DNA of 64,000 nt, taken from a virus. Positions 28,358 to 39,355 of this stretch are shown here, one piece after another. Numbering within the stretch: position 1 is the stretch's first letter; every line of letters begins with the position of its first letter. The notes beneath the pieces were generated by a model that saw only the letters and a program-made list of their open reading frames with translations, was not told where the DNA came from and did no database searches. The stretch is taken from the IMG/VR virus record IMGVR_UViG_3300042691_015660. One strand, 5' to 3'. A program made the translations under genes and the position numbers.

Positions 28358-31300
28358 ATGTCTAATACAGTAGGTAAAATAAGCGGTCAAATGTTGGAGT
28401 CTAATCTTCTAAGAGAAGGCGTAGATCTTGCTTTTGATTCAGATTTACTGTATCTTAATACTAGTTCTAAACGTATAGGTATTAATAACAGTACTCCTTT
28501 TAGAACACTATTAATAGATAATGATTTATTAACAAATGACTTGATTGTTGATAATTCATTTACCTTAGAAGATTTATCATTTACCGGAAATACACTCAGT
28601 AGTTCTAGTAACATTTATTTGTATGCTAGCGGTCCATCTCCCACAATTACCACTAAAAGATTAGACACTGCTAATTTGTACATAGACGGCAATTCAATAG
28701 TTAGCAAAACAATAAACAGCGATATTAATCTAATTCCAGCAGGCTCTGGAAATATACTATTTGATGCAGACGTAGAAATTAACGGTAGTTTACACGCTAC
28801 AGGTGATGTAACATTTGATGGTAATTTAGTCATTGGTAGCGACAATAACGACAATGTAAGTTTTGCTGCTGAGCTAGCTAGTGATATTGTTCCTGACCTT
28901 AATAATTTTTACGATATAGGAACTTCAAGCAAAAGATTTTCAGATATATTTACATATTTGATCAATGGTACAAACTACGCCGCTGGCGGCAGCACAGTAG
29001 CTGGCATTGATTTAGGATTAAGGGCAGGCAACACATGGTATGTGGCAACAAATGGCAATAATAGCAACGTTGGTGATCATCCTAACGGCCCTTTTGCTAC
29101 AATCGAATGGGCTTTAAGTCAAGCTACATTTGGAGATACAATTTTAATTTATCCTGGAACCTATGTAGAATTATTTCCATTAGTAATCCCAGCAGGTGTG
29201 ACAATACGAGGATCTAGTATACGAGATGTTAAAATTGTTCCTGATACTGCTAGTACACACGAAGATGTTTTTAAGTTAAATGATCAAACTACAGTAGAAG
29301 ATTTAACAATTGCTGACTTTTATTATGATTCAGGATTAGATAAAGGATACGCTTTTAGTTTTGCCCCAAATATAAACGTAGTAAAAAGAAGTCCTTACAT
29401 AAGAAATATCAGTGTTATTACTAAAGGTAGTGTTATTAGCGGAACTGATCCATTAGGATACGATCAAGCCGACGCTGGCCGCGGAGCAAAAATAGATGGA
29501 GCATCAGCTAATGCTAGTAGTAATGAAGCTACTATGTTATTTCATAGTGCCACTTTTATTACTCCGGGAGTAGATTGTATCGTAATGAAAAATGGCGTAA
29601 GGGTAGAATGGTTGAATTGTTTTATCTATTACGCATATAAAGGATTGTATGCTGAGAATGGATCTTTAGGATTTGCTGGTCTTGGATTAAAATACGGAGC
29701 AGAGGTTCGCAGTATTGGCAGTGCTAATGTCTATGGTATGTTTGGTGCCTGGGCGGATGGTAATGATACATTAATATACCTAATTACACATAATTTTGGC
29801 TACATTGGATCTGGAAAAAGTAATAACAACGACCCAACAAATGTAATCCAAGCAAATGAAGTTGTAGAATTAAACAGTGGAACAATATATTATCAAAGTG
29901 TAGATCATAAAGGTAATTTTAGAATAGGTGATCTTTTAAAAATAGAAGGTTCTACTGGTAAAATTATTTTAGATTCTATTACAAATACTAGTACAAACTT
30001 AAATGTAACTGATGGAACAAATACATCTTATATTGATGCTTTTGAAGTTACTACGGGTAACATAACTATAAACGGAAATACTATTCAGAGCAATAGCGGA
30101 AATTTAAATTTTTTGACTAGTAATACTCTTTTAGATTTAACCTCTAATATTGTAAGTACAAAATCTTTAATTTTAAATGGAACAGTAAGTTTAAAAAAGA
30201 ATTTGATACTAGGAAATAATAGTTCAGATACTACGGGATTCGTATCTCAACTTACTAAAAATTTTTTACCGTTAGATAGTTCATATACATTAGGAAGTAG
30301 TTCGATACCTTTTAGAAATTTATACGCAGCCAATCTTGATTTTGGATCAATACTAATAGATACAAATGTTATTACTACTACTGTGAGCAATAGTGATTTA
30401 GAACTAGCAGCACATGGATTAGGCGTAGTAAGAGCAGGCGATTCATTAATGCTAGATCAAAATTTAGTTGTAACAGGATCAAGCCAGTTCACAAATTTAA
30501 CTGCTAATATTTTTACTACAACAAGCAATAGCCCACTTGTAATAACAAATTTAATTGCTCCTGAATTTGATAATGGAGATATAAAGATACAAGGAAATGT
30601 AATTAAAACTACATTATCAAATAGTAATTTAGAACTAAGAGCTAACAGTTCTGCTGGTATAATTGTAGATCAAACACTACAAATTACAAATTCTACAATC
30701 AGTAATATCTTGAATTCCGGCAGTGAAGTAGATAGATCTATCAATATTACTCCTTATTCTAATCAAATATTAAAGTTAAATTCGACTAATGCTGTTAGGA
30801 TTCCTGTTGGTAATAATACTACTAGAACATTGATCACTACTGGAGAAATACGATTTAATAATCTTAGTTCAACTTTTCAATCAAGAATATCCGGAACAAC
30901 AAAAACACTACATGGATTATTTGACGCAGACTTAAACACCAGCCTAACAGCCGAGTCTAGTCCAGGTGCTAATGATAATATAATTAGAATGACTATTAAC
31001 GGCACTGTTCAAGGTACTATTAATAGTCAAGCAGCAACTTTTCAAAAAGTTAGAATTGATGAAATCGAAATAGATAGTAATAAAATAAGGACAACTAATT
31101 CAAATTCTGACATTCAATTAGATACGAGCGGTACTGGAGTAGTAAACGTTAAAAATAGTATTCATCTTTCTAATAATATTTTGAAAAATGCCGGATCTAA
31201 TGCTATAACTTCTATTATTTCTACCGGTGGTGGTTATGTAAGATTTGCAGGTGATGGCGCCGTAGGAATACCAATTGGAGATACATCTCAACAACCCGTG

Positions 31301-31456
31301 GGTGTACCTACTGGAGGAATCAGAATAAACACAGATACTAATACAGGAGAAGTATTTGATGGTACTACATTTATTCCTATGGTGGGTAATTTTAGTGGAA
31401 TAACAGCGGCACAAATGGATGAAATTACTAACCTATGGATTTTGCTTATGGGGTAG
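28358..31456 (+). CDS. Large virion fibre protein with beta-helix domain (paralogue A)
   Basis: YVATNG..GPFATI..PGTY.E beta-helix start, RSPYIRN, NSDLEL repeats, GEIRFN; TAAATA at 28335-28340. Confidence 0.7.
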   Translation: MSNTVGKISGQMLESNLLREGVDLAFDSDLLYLNTSSKRIGINNSTPFRTLLIDNDLLTNDLIVDNSFTLEDLSFTGNTLSSSSNIYLYASGPSPTITTKRLDTANLYIDGNSIVSKTINSDINLIPAGSGNILFDADVEINGSLHATGDVTFDGNLVIGSDNNDNVSFAAELASDIVPDLNNFYDIGTSSKRFSDIFTYLINGTNYAAGGSTVAGIDLGLRAGNTWYVATNGNNSNVGDHPNGPFATIEWALSQATFGDTILIYPGTYVELFPLVIPAGVTIRGSSIRDVKIVPDTASTHEDVFKLNDQTTVEDLTIADFYYDSGLDKGYAFSFAPNINVVKRSPYIRNISVITKGSVISGTDPLGYDQADAGRGAKIDGASANASSNEATMLFHSATFITPGVDCIVMKNGVRVEWLNCFIYYAYKGLYAENGSLGFAGLGLKYGAEVRSIGSANVYGMFGAWADGNDTLIYLITHNFGYIGSGKSNNNDPTNVIQANEVVELNSGTIYYQSVDHKGNFRIGDLLKIEGSTGKIILDSITNTSTNLNVTDGTNTSYIDAFEVTTGNITINGNTIQSNSGNLNFLTSNTLLDLTSNIVSTKSLILNGTVSLKKNLILGNNSSDTTGFVSQLTKNFLPLDSSYTLGSSSIPFRNLYAANLDFGSILIDTNVITTTVSNSDLELAAHGLGVVRAGDSLMLDQNLVVTGSSQFTNLTANIFTTTSNSPLVITNLIAPEFDNGDIKIQGNVIKTTLSNSNLELRANSSAGIIVDQTLQITNSTISNILNSGSEVDRSINITPYSNQILKLNSTNAVRIPVGNNTTRTLITTGEIRFNNLSSTFQSRISGTTKTLHGLFDADLNTSLTAESSPGANDNIIRMTINGTVQGTINSQAATFQKVRIDEIEIDSNKIRTTNSNSDIQLDTSGTGVVNVKNSIHLSNNILKNAGSNAITSIISTGGGYVRFAGDGAVGIPIGDTSQQPVGVPTGGIRINTDTNTGEVFDGTTFIPMVGNFSGITAAQMDEITNLWILLMG

Positions 31457-31484
31457 CAATAAATATAAAAAACGGTGAAAAAAT

Positions 31485-34400
31485 ATGGCCAGTAATGTAG
31501 GTAAAATTTCAGGACAAATGCTCAGGGACGACCTGCTTCGCAACGGCGTTGACCTAGCGTTCGAAACAGATTTAATTTACCTTGATGTAAATTCAAGAAA
31601 GGTTGGAATTAAAACAACCAATCCTAGCCACGACTTAACAGTTAACGGCACTACTAGAACCACAGTGCTAGAAGTTTTAAATTCCGCTAGTATAGACGAT
31701 ATAGTCCTAGATAATAATCAAATCTATAGCACAACTGGAGTATTAAATCTAAGCCCTACTGTGGGCGGACAAGTTGTGTATCAAAGTAAGTTATTAATAG
31801 ATGATATACAGATACAAGGCAATCAAATAGCTACAGTTAATTCCAATGCAGATTTAAATCTAACTACTTCTGGTACAGGTAAAATTAATCTAAATGGTGA
31901 CACAGAAGTCATTGGAAATTTACACGCAACTGGAACAATTACAGCAGACGGTAATTTACAATTAGGAAATTCAGATACCGATAGTATTACTTTTAATGCC
32001 GATATTGCTAGTAATATTATTCCTGATATAGATAATACTTTTCAATTAGGAACAGGATCTAAACGTTGGAAAGATATTTGGGTAGATACATTACATGCTG
32101 ATGCAGTGGTTACCGGAGCCATCACTGTGGCAGGTATTGACATTGCTCTTAGTCAAGGTAACATCTATTATGTAGCAGTTAACGGTGACGATGGCAATAC
32201 CGGTGTTCATCAAAACGATCCGTTAAGTAGTATTGGAAGAGCATTAGATTTAGCAAGTGCTGGAGATACAGTTTATATCTATCCAGGAACTTATTCTGAA
32301 GCGTTGCCTTTAACAGTACCTGTAGGTGTAACAGTTAAAGGAGCAGGCATAAGATCAGTTACTATTGAGCCTGATAGTGATGTAACAGTAGATGTATTTC
32401 TTTTAAACGGCGAAACCACCGTAGAAGATTTAACTATTACTGGTTTTGAATATGATGTAGGAACAAATACAGGATACGCATTTAGATTTGCTCCAAACAT
32501 GACTGTAACTAGTCGCAGTCCTTATATTAGGAATGTTAGTATAATTACTGCTGGATCTACAGTAAGGTTAATGACCAATCCTCCAAGCGATCCGAGAGGA
32601 TTTTTATCTGGTGATGCTGGTAAAGGTGCTTATCTAGATGGCAGCATTGTAAACGCTGCTAGTCGCGAAGCCAGTATGCTATTTCACAGTGCAACATTTA
32701 TTACACCAGGTGTTGATACTATTACAATGACTAACGGTGTAAGGGTCGAATGGTTAAACAGTTTTACATACTTTGCTAACAGAGGTCTATACGCAATAAG
32801 TGGTAGTGCAGGGTTTGCTGGCGACGGCAAAACGCGATTAAAAGTTTACGGCATTAGCGCACAAACACTAAATGTTGGTGACACTGTTACAGTAGAAAAT
32901 GTCAGTGCTAATCCAGCAACTTCGACAACTGGCACAATCGAAAGTTTTACCTATGCTGCTCCTTATACAAATATTGTTATTGATGGTAAAGTTTCTGGCT
33001 TCGAGGAAAGTTTAAGTCCGCCTGATACAGAAAATCAACAAGTGATTACATTTAGTGGAGGACAGACAGCTAGTCATTTAGCATGGGCCGACTACAGCGA
33101 CTTTGGCGCGGAAGTTCGAAGTATTGCCAGCGCCAGTGTTTATGGAAATTACGGTGCTTACGGTGACGGCGAAGGAGTAATTGCTTACCTAATTGGCACA
33201 AATTTAGCTTACATCGGATCTGGAAGATACTCAGACAATGACCCAATTAATGTTATACAAGCTAATGAAGTTGTAGAATTAAATCGTGCTAGAATTTATT
33301 ATACTAGCGTAGATGCTCAAGGCGATTTTAGAGTAGGTGATTATTTCTTAGTTGATCAACAAACTGGTACAATTACATTTAATCCGACGAGTTTAGAAAT
33401 TACCAGTAGTACTGGGGTGACATTTACTGACGGTGTCAATACTACGCTAGTGACTCCTACTAAAGTTGAGACAGGCAATATAAGAATCAGCGGTAATACT
33501 ATTCAAAGTTTGTCTGGAGGTATTACTCTTACAGCAGCTAGTAATCAGATTACATTTACTAGTAATGCTACTATAACAGGTACAGTTGATTTACAGGAAA
33601 ATTTTACCGTTCAAGGTAACACTACAATAGGTGACTCAGCTAGCGATCTATTAACAATTAATTCTAGAATTAATAGTAATATTGTTCCTAATGCTACTAC
33701 GGCTTATGATTTAGGATCTTTATCAAATAGTTGGAGAAATGTTTATCTAGCACAAGCAGATATAGATAATATTAGAATTAGCGGTAATTTAATTACAACT
33801 ACAAATTCAAACGCCGATTTAGAATTACGTGCTAATGGCACAGGCGTAGTAAGAATACCTAATGATAATCTAGTAGTAAATCAAAATCTAAATGTTATTG
33901 GATCTAGTACCTTAGCTAATACCACAGTTTCTGGAATTTTAAATGTTGGAAGTTTAATCAGCAATTCTACAGTACAAAGTAGCACATTTACCACAGATGA
34001 TATTATAATTCAAGGCAATGTAATACGTACATCATTGTCTAATAGTAATTTAGAATTACGTGCTAACGGTAGCGGAGCAGTTTTATTTGAAAATTTAAGT
34101 GTACAAGGAAGTACTATTTCAGGATTAGTTCCAGGACAAGATTTAGAATTTACACCTAGCGGCTCAGGTGTGTTTAAAATTAATAGTACTCAAGCATTAA
34201 CTTTACCTATTGGTTCTGATGCTCAACGACCATTAAGTCCACAATCAGGTATGATTCGATTCAACAGTACAATAAATCAGTTTGAAGGATATACAGGCAC
34301 CGCATGGATACAATTTGGTAGTGTAATAGATGCTGATAGAAACACCTATGTGATACCAGAACTAAGTCCAGGTTCTAATGAAAATACATTATATTTTGTA

Positions 34401-34859
34401 GCAGACGGCAATCTAGCAGCTACATTAGATAGTAATCAATTTAATGTGAACAAGTTGTTAGTTGATCAAATTGAAATTGACGGCAATATTATTAGAACTA
34501 CTAGTTCTAATACTGATTTAGAACTAACACCAAATGGAACTGGAGCTGTAGTAATCGACGGATTTAGAATTACTACAAACACTATAACAAACACAAATGT
34601 AGGTGCTGTAACTACGTTACAGTCTACTGGTTCAGGATACTTTAATATTGTAGGAACTAACGCTGTAGTTATACCATCAGGCACTGACTTTCAAAGACCT
34701 GGTACTCCTCAAGTAGGAATGATGAGATTCAGCACTAGTTTAGGATTTGTAGAAATATATGACGGCGCTGCTTGGATTAGTGTAGCAGGTACAGGATCTG
34801 GTATTAATGCGGATCAAGCGACTGAAATTGCGATAGCGCAAGTATTAATTTTTGGATAA
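31485..34859 (+). CDS. Large virion fibre protein with beta-helix domain (paralogue B)
   Basis: Colinear with 28358 (VGKISGQML, MLFHSATFITPGVD, NGVRVEWLN); TAAATA at 31460-31465. Confidence 0.7.
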   Translation: MASNVGKISGQMLRDDLLRNGVDLAFETDLIYLDVNSRKVGIKTTNPSHDLTVNGTTRTTVLEVLNSASIDDIVLDNNQIYSTTGVLNLSPTVGGQVVYQSKLLIDDIQIQGNQIATVNSNADLNLTTSGTGKINLNGDTEVIGNLHATGTITADGNLQLGNSDTDSITFNADIASNIIPDIDNTFQLGTGSKRWKDIWVDTLHADAVVTGAITVAGIDIALSQGNIYYVAVNGDDGNTGVHQNDPLSSIGRALDLASAGDTVYIYPGTYSEALPLTVPVGVTVKGAGIRSVTIEPDSDVTVDVFLLNGETTVEDLTITGFEYDVGTNTGYAFRFAPNMTVTSRSPYIRNVSIITAGSTVRLMTNPPSDPRGFLSGDAGKGAYLDGSIVNAASREASMLFHSATFITPGVDTITMTNGVRVEWLNSFTYFANRGLYAISGSAGFAGDGKTRLKVYGISAQTLNVGDTVTVENVSANPATSTTGTIESFTYAAPYTNIVIDGKVSGFEESLSPPDTENQQVITFSGGQTASHLAWADYSDFGAEVRSIASASVYGNYGAYGDGEGVIAYLIGTNLAYIGSGRYSDNDPINVIQANEVVELNRARIYYTSVDAQGDFRVGDYFLVDQQTGTITFNPTSLEITSSTGVTFTDGVNTTLVTPTKVETGNIRISGNTIQSLSGGITLTAASNQITFTSNATITGTVDLQENFTVQGNTTIGDSASDLLTINSRINSNIVPNATTAYDLGSLSNSWRNVYLAQADIDNIRISGNLITTTNSNADLELRANGTGVVRIPNDNLVVNQNLNVIGSSTLANTTVSGILNVGSLISNSTVQSSTFTTDDIIIQGNVIRTSLSNSNLELRANGSGAVLFENLSVQGSTISGLVPGQDLEFTPSGSGVFKINSTQALTLPIGSDAQRPLSPQSGMIRFNSTINQFEGYTGTAWIQFGSVIDADRNTYVIPELSPGSNENTLYFVADGNLAATLDSNQFNVNKLLVDQIEIDGNIIRTTSSNTDLELTPNGTGAVVIDGFRITTNTITNTNVGAVTTLQSTGSGYFNIVGTNAVVIPSGTDFQRPGTPQVGMMRFSTSLGFVEIYDGAAWISVAGTGSGINADQATEIAIAQVLIFG

Positions 34860-34864
34860 AATAA

Positions 34865-35194
34865 ATGGCAACTTATTTAAGAACGCGAGTAGTTAAAAAC
34901 ATAGGAACAACCCCAGCAGATGTTATTCAAACTGTAGGGAACAATAGATTTACAGTCATTGGTTGTAATATTGCCAATGTAATTGATAATCCAGTTACCA
35001 TTGACATATATGTCATTGATTCAAGTAGCACTGCTGCATATTATGTTAGAGGATTGACTATACCTGCTAATACTAGTGCTAAAATGATTACTAACGGAGA
35101 AAAATTAATTTTGGCAGAACAGTGTGGACTTAGAATAGTTAGCGACACATCTGATAGTATAGACGTAGTAGTAAGCTACGCAGAAATCGTATAA
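34865..35194 (+). CDS. Small beta-rich fibre adaptor-like protein (paralogue 2)
   Basis: TVIGCNIAN, IPANTS, GEKLIL. Confidence 0.6.
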   Translation: MATYLRTRVVKNIGTTPADVIQTVGNNRFTVIGCNIANVIDNPVTIDIYVIDSSSTAAYYVRGLTIPANTSAKMITNGEKLILAEQCGLRIVSDTSDSIDVVVSYAEIV

Positions 35195-35203
35195 GGATAA
35201 ATT

Positions 35204-35560
35204 ATGAGCAATTACTTTTTTGGCAGTGATCAGCAAAGCATCTTAGGAGATATACCTAGATTTTTTTATGGGCTAAGAAGAACAGCGCAAGGTCAGCTTT
35301 ATTTAGGCAAAGTTAATCAACTAAATCCTAATGACATTCTTGAAATTAATGTTGCCGGACCAGAAGAAGACAACTTCAACGGATACGAAGCAGGCATTGA
35401 CTTTTATGAAGGCAGAAATATTAAGCATCAGATTGTATATCCTAATTTAAAATGGGAACAATACCGATGGGATAATCGCAGTTTACTGTATTATGTGAAC
35501 GATAATGGCGAATTAATTGTAAGAATTAATCAAAAATATGACTATCCAACTGGCATATAA
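35204..35560 (+). CDS. Hypothetical virion protein
   Basis: FFYGLRR, EQYRWD, YYVNDNGEL; AAGGA SD. Confidence 0.6.
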   Translation: MSNYFFGSDQQSILGDIPRFFYGLRRTAQGQLYLGKVNQLNPNDILEINVAGPEEDNFNGYEAGIDFYEGRNIKHQIVYPNLKWEQYRWDNRSLLYYVNDNGELIVRINQKYDYPTGI

Positions 35561-35591
35561 ATATTAAAATTAATAGTTTTTTGGGGCTAAA

Positions 35592-38500
35592 ATGGCTGAA
35601 TTTAGAATTAGTAGATTAAAATACACCTGGAAGGGTGAATGGAGTTCTGGAAATGTTTATTTTCCAGATGATGTAATAAACTACGGCGGAAAGGTATATG
35701 TTTGTTTAAGAGAACATAACTCAGAGTCCGGCGGCGGTTTTTATGCTGATTTAGCAGCTACGGTTCCAGGTACCCTTCCACCAGAACCGGCTCCTAGATG
35801 GGAACAAATGATGGACGGATATGCTTGGCAAGGAGAGTGGCAAGCAGAAATACCGTATAGTTTGAATGACTTAGTCAAGTATGGCGGCATTGTCTATCGT
35901 TGTATTGAACAACATACTGCCGATACTTTATTTGGAGTAGATAGTACAATAGAAGCTGATTATGGTTTAGAAAATGATCAAGCAAAATGGACTGTTATTG
36001 CTAAGACAGAAGATTGGAAGTTAGACTGGATAGTTAATCAGCCGTATAGAGTAAATGACATAGTAAAATATGGAGGTATAGTATATCGTTGTATTACTGC
36101 TCATATTTCAGCAGCAACTATAAGTTTAGGTTTAGAGAATGATCAAGGAAACTGGGAGATTGTTCATAGCGGTATTGAATACAGATTTGACTGGACTTCG
36201 CCTTTAAGATACAGATTAAACGATGTAGTAAAATATGGCGCTAGAGTTTACATCTGTACTACTTATCACGACGCTAGTGGGATATTCGATTCTGCTAAGT
36301 GGTCTGTGTATGCTCCAGGATTAGAATACGAAAATCAATGGGATGCTACAACAAGATATCAAATAGGTGATGTTGTAAAATATGGAGGGTATTCATATTT
36401 TTCTAAAACTTTTAATCAAGCATCGATACCTAGTACATCTCTTTCTGATTGGGAATTATTAAGTATTGGTTATAACTTACGAGGTGACTATAACGTAGTA
36501 ACTGCTTATCTAGTAGGCGATGTAGTTAGACGCAACGGTAATCTTTATGCTTGTATAGTTAATTCCACCGGAAATGATCCTACAAATACGACTTATTGGG
36601 AAATCGTTTCAACATCTAAAAAGTGGAGAAATCGTTGGGCATTAGTAACTACTTACGAATTAGGTGATATTGTTACATTTGATTTGTTTGCGTATGAGTG
36701 TATTCAAAGACATACCTCGTCTTCTATTTTACGTCCAGATTTGCCAGCATCATCGAGTTACTGGGCGTTGTTTAGTCAAGGCGATGTAAACAACAGATTA
36801 AGAGAACAAGGCGATTTAAAAGTCTACGGTATAACAGAAGATGGTAGTACTATAGGAAGTACAAGATTACCTATTGGATCGTCTGGAGAAGTTCTTAAAA
36901 GATTAAATGACTTACCTGATTGGTACGATTTAAATGAAACTAATAAAGTATACTACATTAGTATAGACGGAGTAGATGCTGTAGGAAGGGGAACTACACT
37001 TAACTCCCCTTGGAGAACTATTAGATATGCCTGTCAAAATATAACAGGACCAGCCACGGTTCTAATCAAAACAGGATACTATGAAGAAATATTACCGATC
37101 AGCATTCCGGCAGGGGTAGCACTTGTAGGTGATGAATTAAGAAGTACTACTATTGGACCTGCTCCTGGTTATGAAACTAGTAATATGTTCTATGTACGTA
37201 ACGCTTGCGGCATCAGAAATATGACATTAATAGGATTATCAGGCTCTTTAGGACCATTAAATCAATACTTGACTAGGAGACCAACTGCAGGTGCTTACGT
37301 AAGTTTAGATCCAGGCACTGGCACTAACGATTCTAGTGTTTGGATCAGTTCAAGAAGCCCATACATTCAAAATGTAACAACTTTTGGCACAGGATGTATT
37401 GGATTAAAAGTGGACGGGAATTTACATGACGGCGGCAACAGATCTATCGTTGCTAACGACTTCACACAAGTATTAAGTGATGGCATCGGTGCGTGGGTTA
37501 CTAATTTAGGGAGAAGCGAACTTGTTAGCGTATTCTCATATTACGGACATATTGGTTATCTAGCAGAAAATGGCGGAAAAATTCGTGCTACTAATGGTAA
37601 CAGCTCATACGGTACATATGGATGTGTTGCCGAAGGGGTCAGTTTAGCAGAAATTCCTATCACTGGAGTAGTCAATAACAGATCAACAGAAGCTACTGTA
37701 GCTAGTGCGTTCAGTGATCAAGCAGGTGATCAAATTTTAATTTTAGAATACGAACATTGCGGTCAAGATTATAGTGGCGGCGGTACTACATTTTCATTTA
37801 CAGGAGCAGGTACTGGAGCCAGTGCTACAGCCGTAGCAAGGAATGGCGGAGTATCACAAGTGAGAATATATACACCAGGCGACAGTAGTCAAGCAGGTGG
37901 AGGCGGCTATTTAAATGTTATTAATAATGCTCAAGCAGGTGATAATTTAACAATTACTTTATCAGGCAGCGATACTAATACTTTTACAAATTATAATGGC
38001 ATGAGAATTATAATTATAAGCGGTACAGGTAGTGGTCAGTATGGGTATATACAAGCTTATGATGATACAACTAAAGTAGCTACAGTTTATAAAGAATCGG
38101 ATGATACTCCAGGGTGGGATCATGTAGCAGGATTTAGTATTGAACCAATTCTTGATACAACTACTCAATACAGTATCGAACCAAGATTAATCTTTGACGC
38201 ACCGGTGTCGGGAATTAGAGCACAAGGAAGGGCAGTCATAGTAGCAGGCAAGTTAACTTTAATTAAAATTTGGGATTGCGGTAGCGGATATACAGTTGCT
38301 CCAACAGTCACATTAACAGATCCAAATAACACTAGCGAAGCAGTGTTACAAGCTAGAATTAACAATGGAGTGTTAGGACCAGTAAACTGGGTTAGTAGAG
38401 GCAACAATTATCAAACAACATCTACTAGAGTAACAATTATTGGCGCTGGCTTTGCTGACAAGTATCAACTAGGAGATACATTAGTACTAAACAGTGTGAG

Positions 38501-39290
38501 CAGATTACCCGGTCCTGGAGATAATTTAACAATATCAGGCATTAATGATGTAATTTATAAAATTGTGTCAGTGGACAACGTAGTAGGACTCGCTCCTTCA
38601 TTATCAATGAGATTAAAAATCTCTCCAAATCTTGGAATTGAAGAAAGCCCTGCTCACGGAGGTGCTATTATTATTAGACAAAATTATAGCCAAGTTCGAT
38701 TAACCGGGCATGATTTTTTAGATATTGGTACAGGTAATTTTATAGGTACAGATTATCCAGATTTATATAAAGAGTACGGGTTTGTTCCTTCCCCAGAAAA
38801 TGAAGTATATGAAGTAGGTGGCGGTCGCGTATTCTATACAAGTACTGATCAAGATGGTAACTTTAGAGTAGGTGAATTATTTAAAGTAGAGCAAGCTACA
38901 GGCACAGTAACCATCAGTGCCAGTTTGTTTAATTTGGGTGGCTTAGAAGAATTAAGATTAGGGGGAGTAGCCGTTGGCGGTACAGGTACAGTAATTAGAG
39001 AATTCAGCACAGATGCTACATTTACAGCAGACAGCAACAATATTGTGTCGACTCAGCGAGCTATCAAAGCATATATTACTTCTAGAATTAGCGGCGGAAG
39101 TTCTGATGCGTTTACAACTATTTTAACAGCGGGTGTTGTAGTTGTTGGACCAAATCTGATTAGTACTACTACAGGAGATAAGATAGAAATTGATGCTTCT
39201 GTAAGATTTAATAGCCCTCCTGTAGGATCTTTGTTAGCCATGAGTTATTTTTCCAGTTCCTGGGATTCTAATCTAGATTTACAAGACTAA
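35592..39290 (+). CDS. Fibre protein with CBM5/12-like carbohydrate-binding repeats and a beta-helix
   Basis: Repeats W....Y..ND.VKYGG..Y.C...H; VGDELRST, SPYIQNVT, SQVRLTGHDFLDIGTG; TATAAATA at 35556-35563. Confidence 0.75.
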   Translation: MAEFRISRLKYTWKGEWSSGNVYFPDDVINYGGKVYVCLREHNSESGGGFYADLAATVPGTLPPEPAPRWEQMMDGYAWQGEWQAEIPYSLNDLVKYGGIVYRCIEQHTADTLFGVDSTIEADYGLENDQAKWTVIAKTEDWKLDWIVNQPYRVNDIVKYGGIVYRCITAHISAATISLGLENDQGNWEIVHSGIEYRFDWTSPLRYRLNDVVKYGARVYICTTYHDASGIFDSAKWSVYAPGLEYENQWDATTRYQIGDVVKYGGYSYFSKTFNQASIPSTSLSDWELLSIGYNLRGDYNVVTAYLVGDVVRRNGNLYACIVNSTGNDPTNTTYWEIVSTSKKWRNRWALVTTYELGDIVTFDLFAYECIQRHTSSSILRPDLPASSSYWALFSQGDVNNRLREQGDLKVYGITEDGSTIGSTRLPIGSSGEVLKRLNDLPDWYDLNETNKVYYISIDGVDAVGRGTTLNSPWRTIRYACQNITGPATVLIKTGYYEEILPISIPAGVALVGDELRSTTIGPAPGYETSNMFYVRNACGIRNMTLIGLSGSLGPLNQYLTRRPTAGAYVSLDPGTGTNDSSVWISSRSPYIQNVTTFGTGCIGLKVDGNLHDGGNRSIVANDFTQVLSDGIGAWVTNLGRSELVSVFSYYGHIGYLAENGGKIRATNGNSSYGTYGCVAEGVSLAEIPITGVVNNRSTEATVASAFSDQAGDQILILEYEHCGQDYSGGGTTFSFTGAGTGASATAVARNGGVSQVRIYTPGDSSQAGGGGYLNVINNAQAGDNLTITLSGSDTNTFTNYNGMRIIIISGTGSGQYGYIQAYDDTTKVATVYKESDDTPGWDHVAGFSIEPILDTTTQYSIEPRLIFDAPVSGIRAQGRAVIVAGKLTLIKIWDCGSGYTVAPTVTLTDPNNTSEAVLQARINNGVLGPVNWVSRGNNYQTTSTRVTIIGAGFADKYQLGDTLVLNSVSRLPGPGDNLTISGINDVIYKIVSVDNVVGLAPSLSMRLKISPNLGIEESPAHGGAIIIRQNYSQVRLTGHDFLDIGTGNFIGTDYPDLYKEYGFVPSPENEVYEVGGGRVFYTSTDQDGNFRVGELFKVEQATGTVTISASLFNLGGLEELRLGGVAVGGTGTVIREFSTDATFTADSNNIVSTQRAIKAYITSRISGGSSDAFTTILTAGVVVVGPNLISTTTGDKIEIDASVRFNSPPVGSLLAMSYFSSSWDSNLDLQD

Positions 39291-39355
39291 AATATCCAAA
39301 TTTATGGCTACCAAAAAAAACATAAATACAATATATTACAATTACGGAGCAGTAA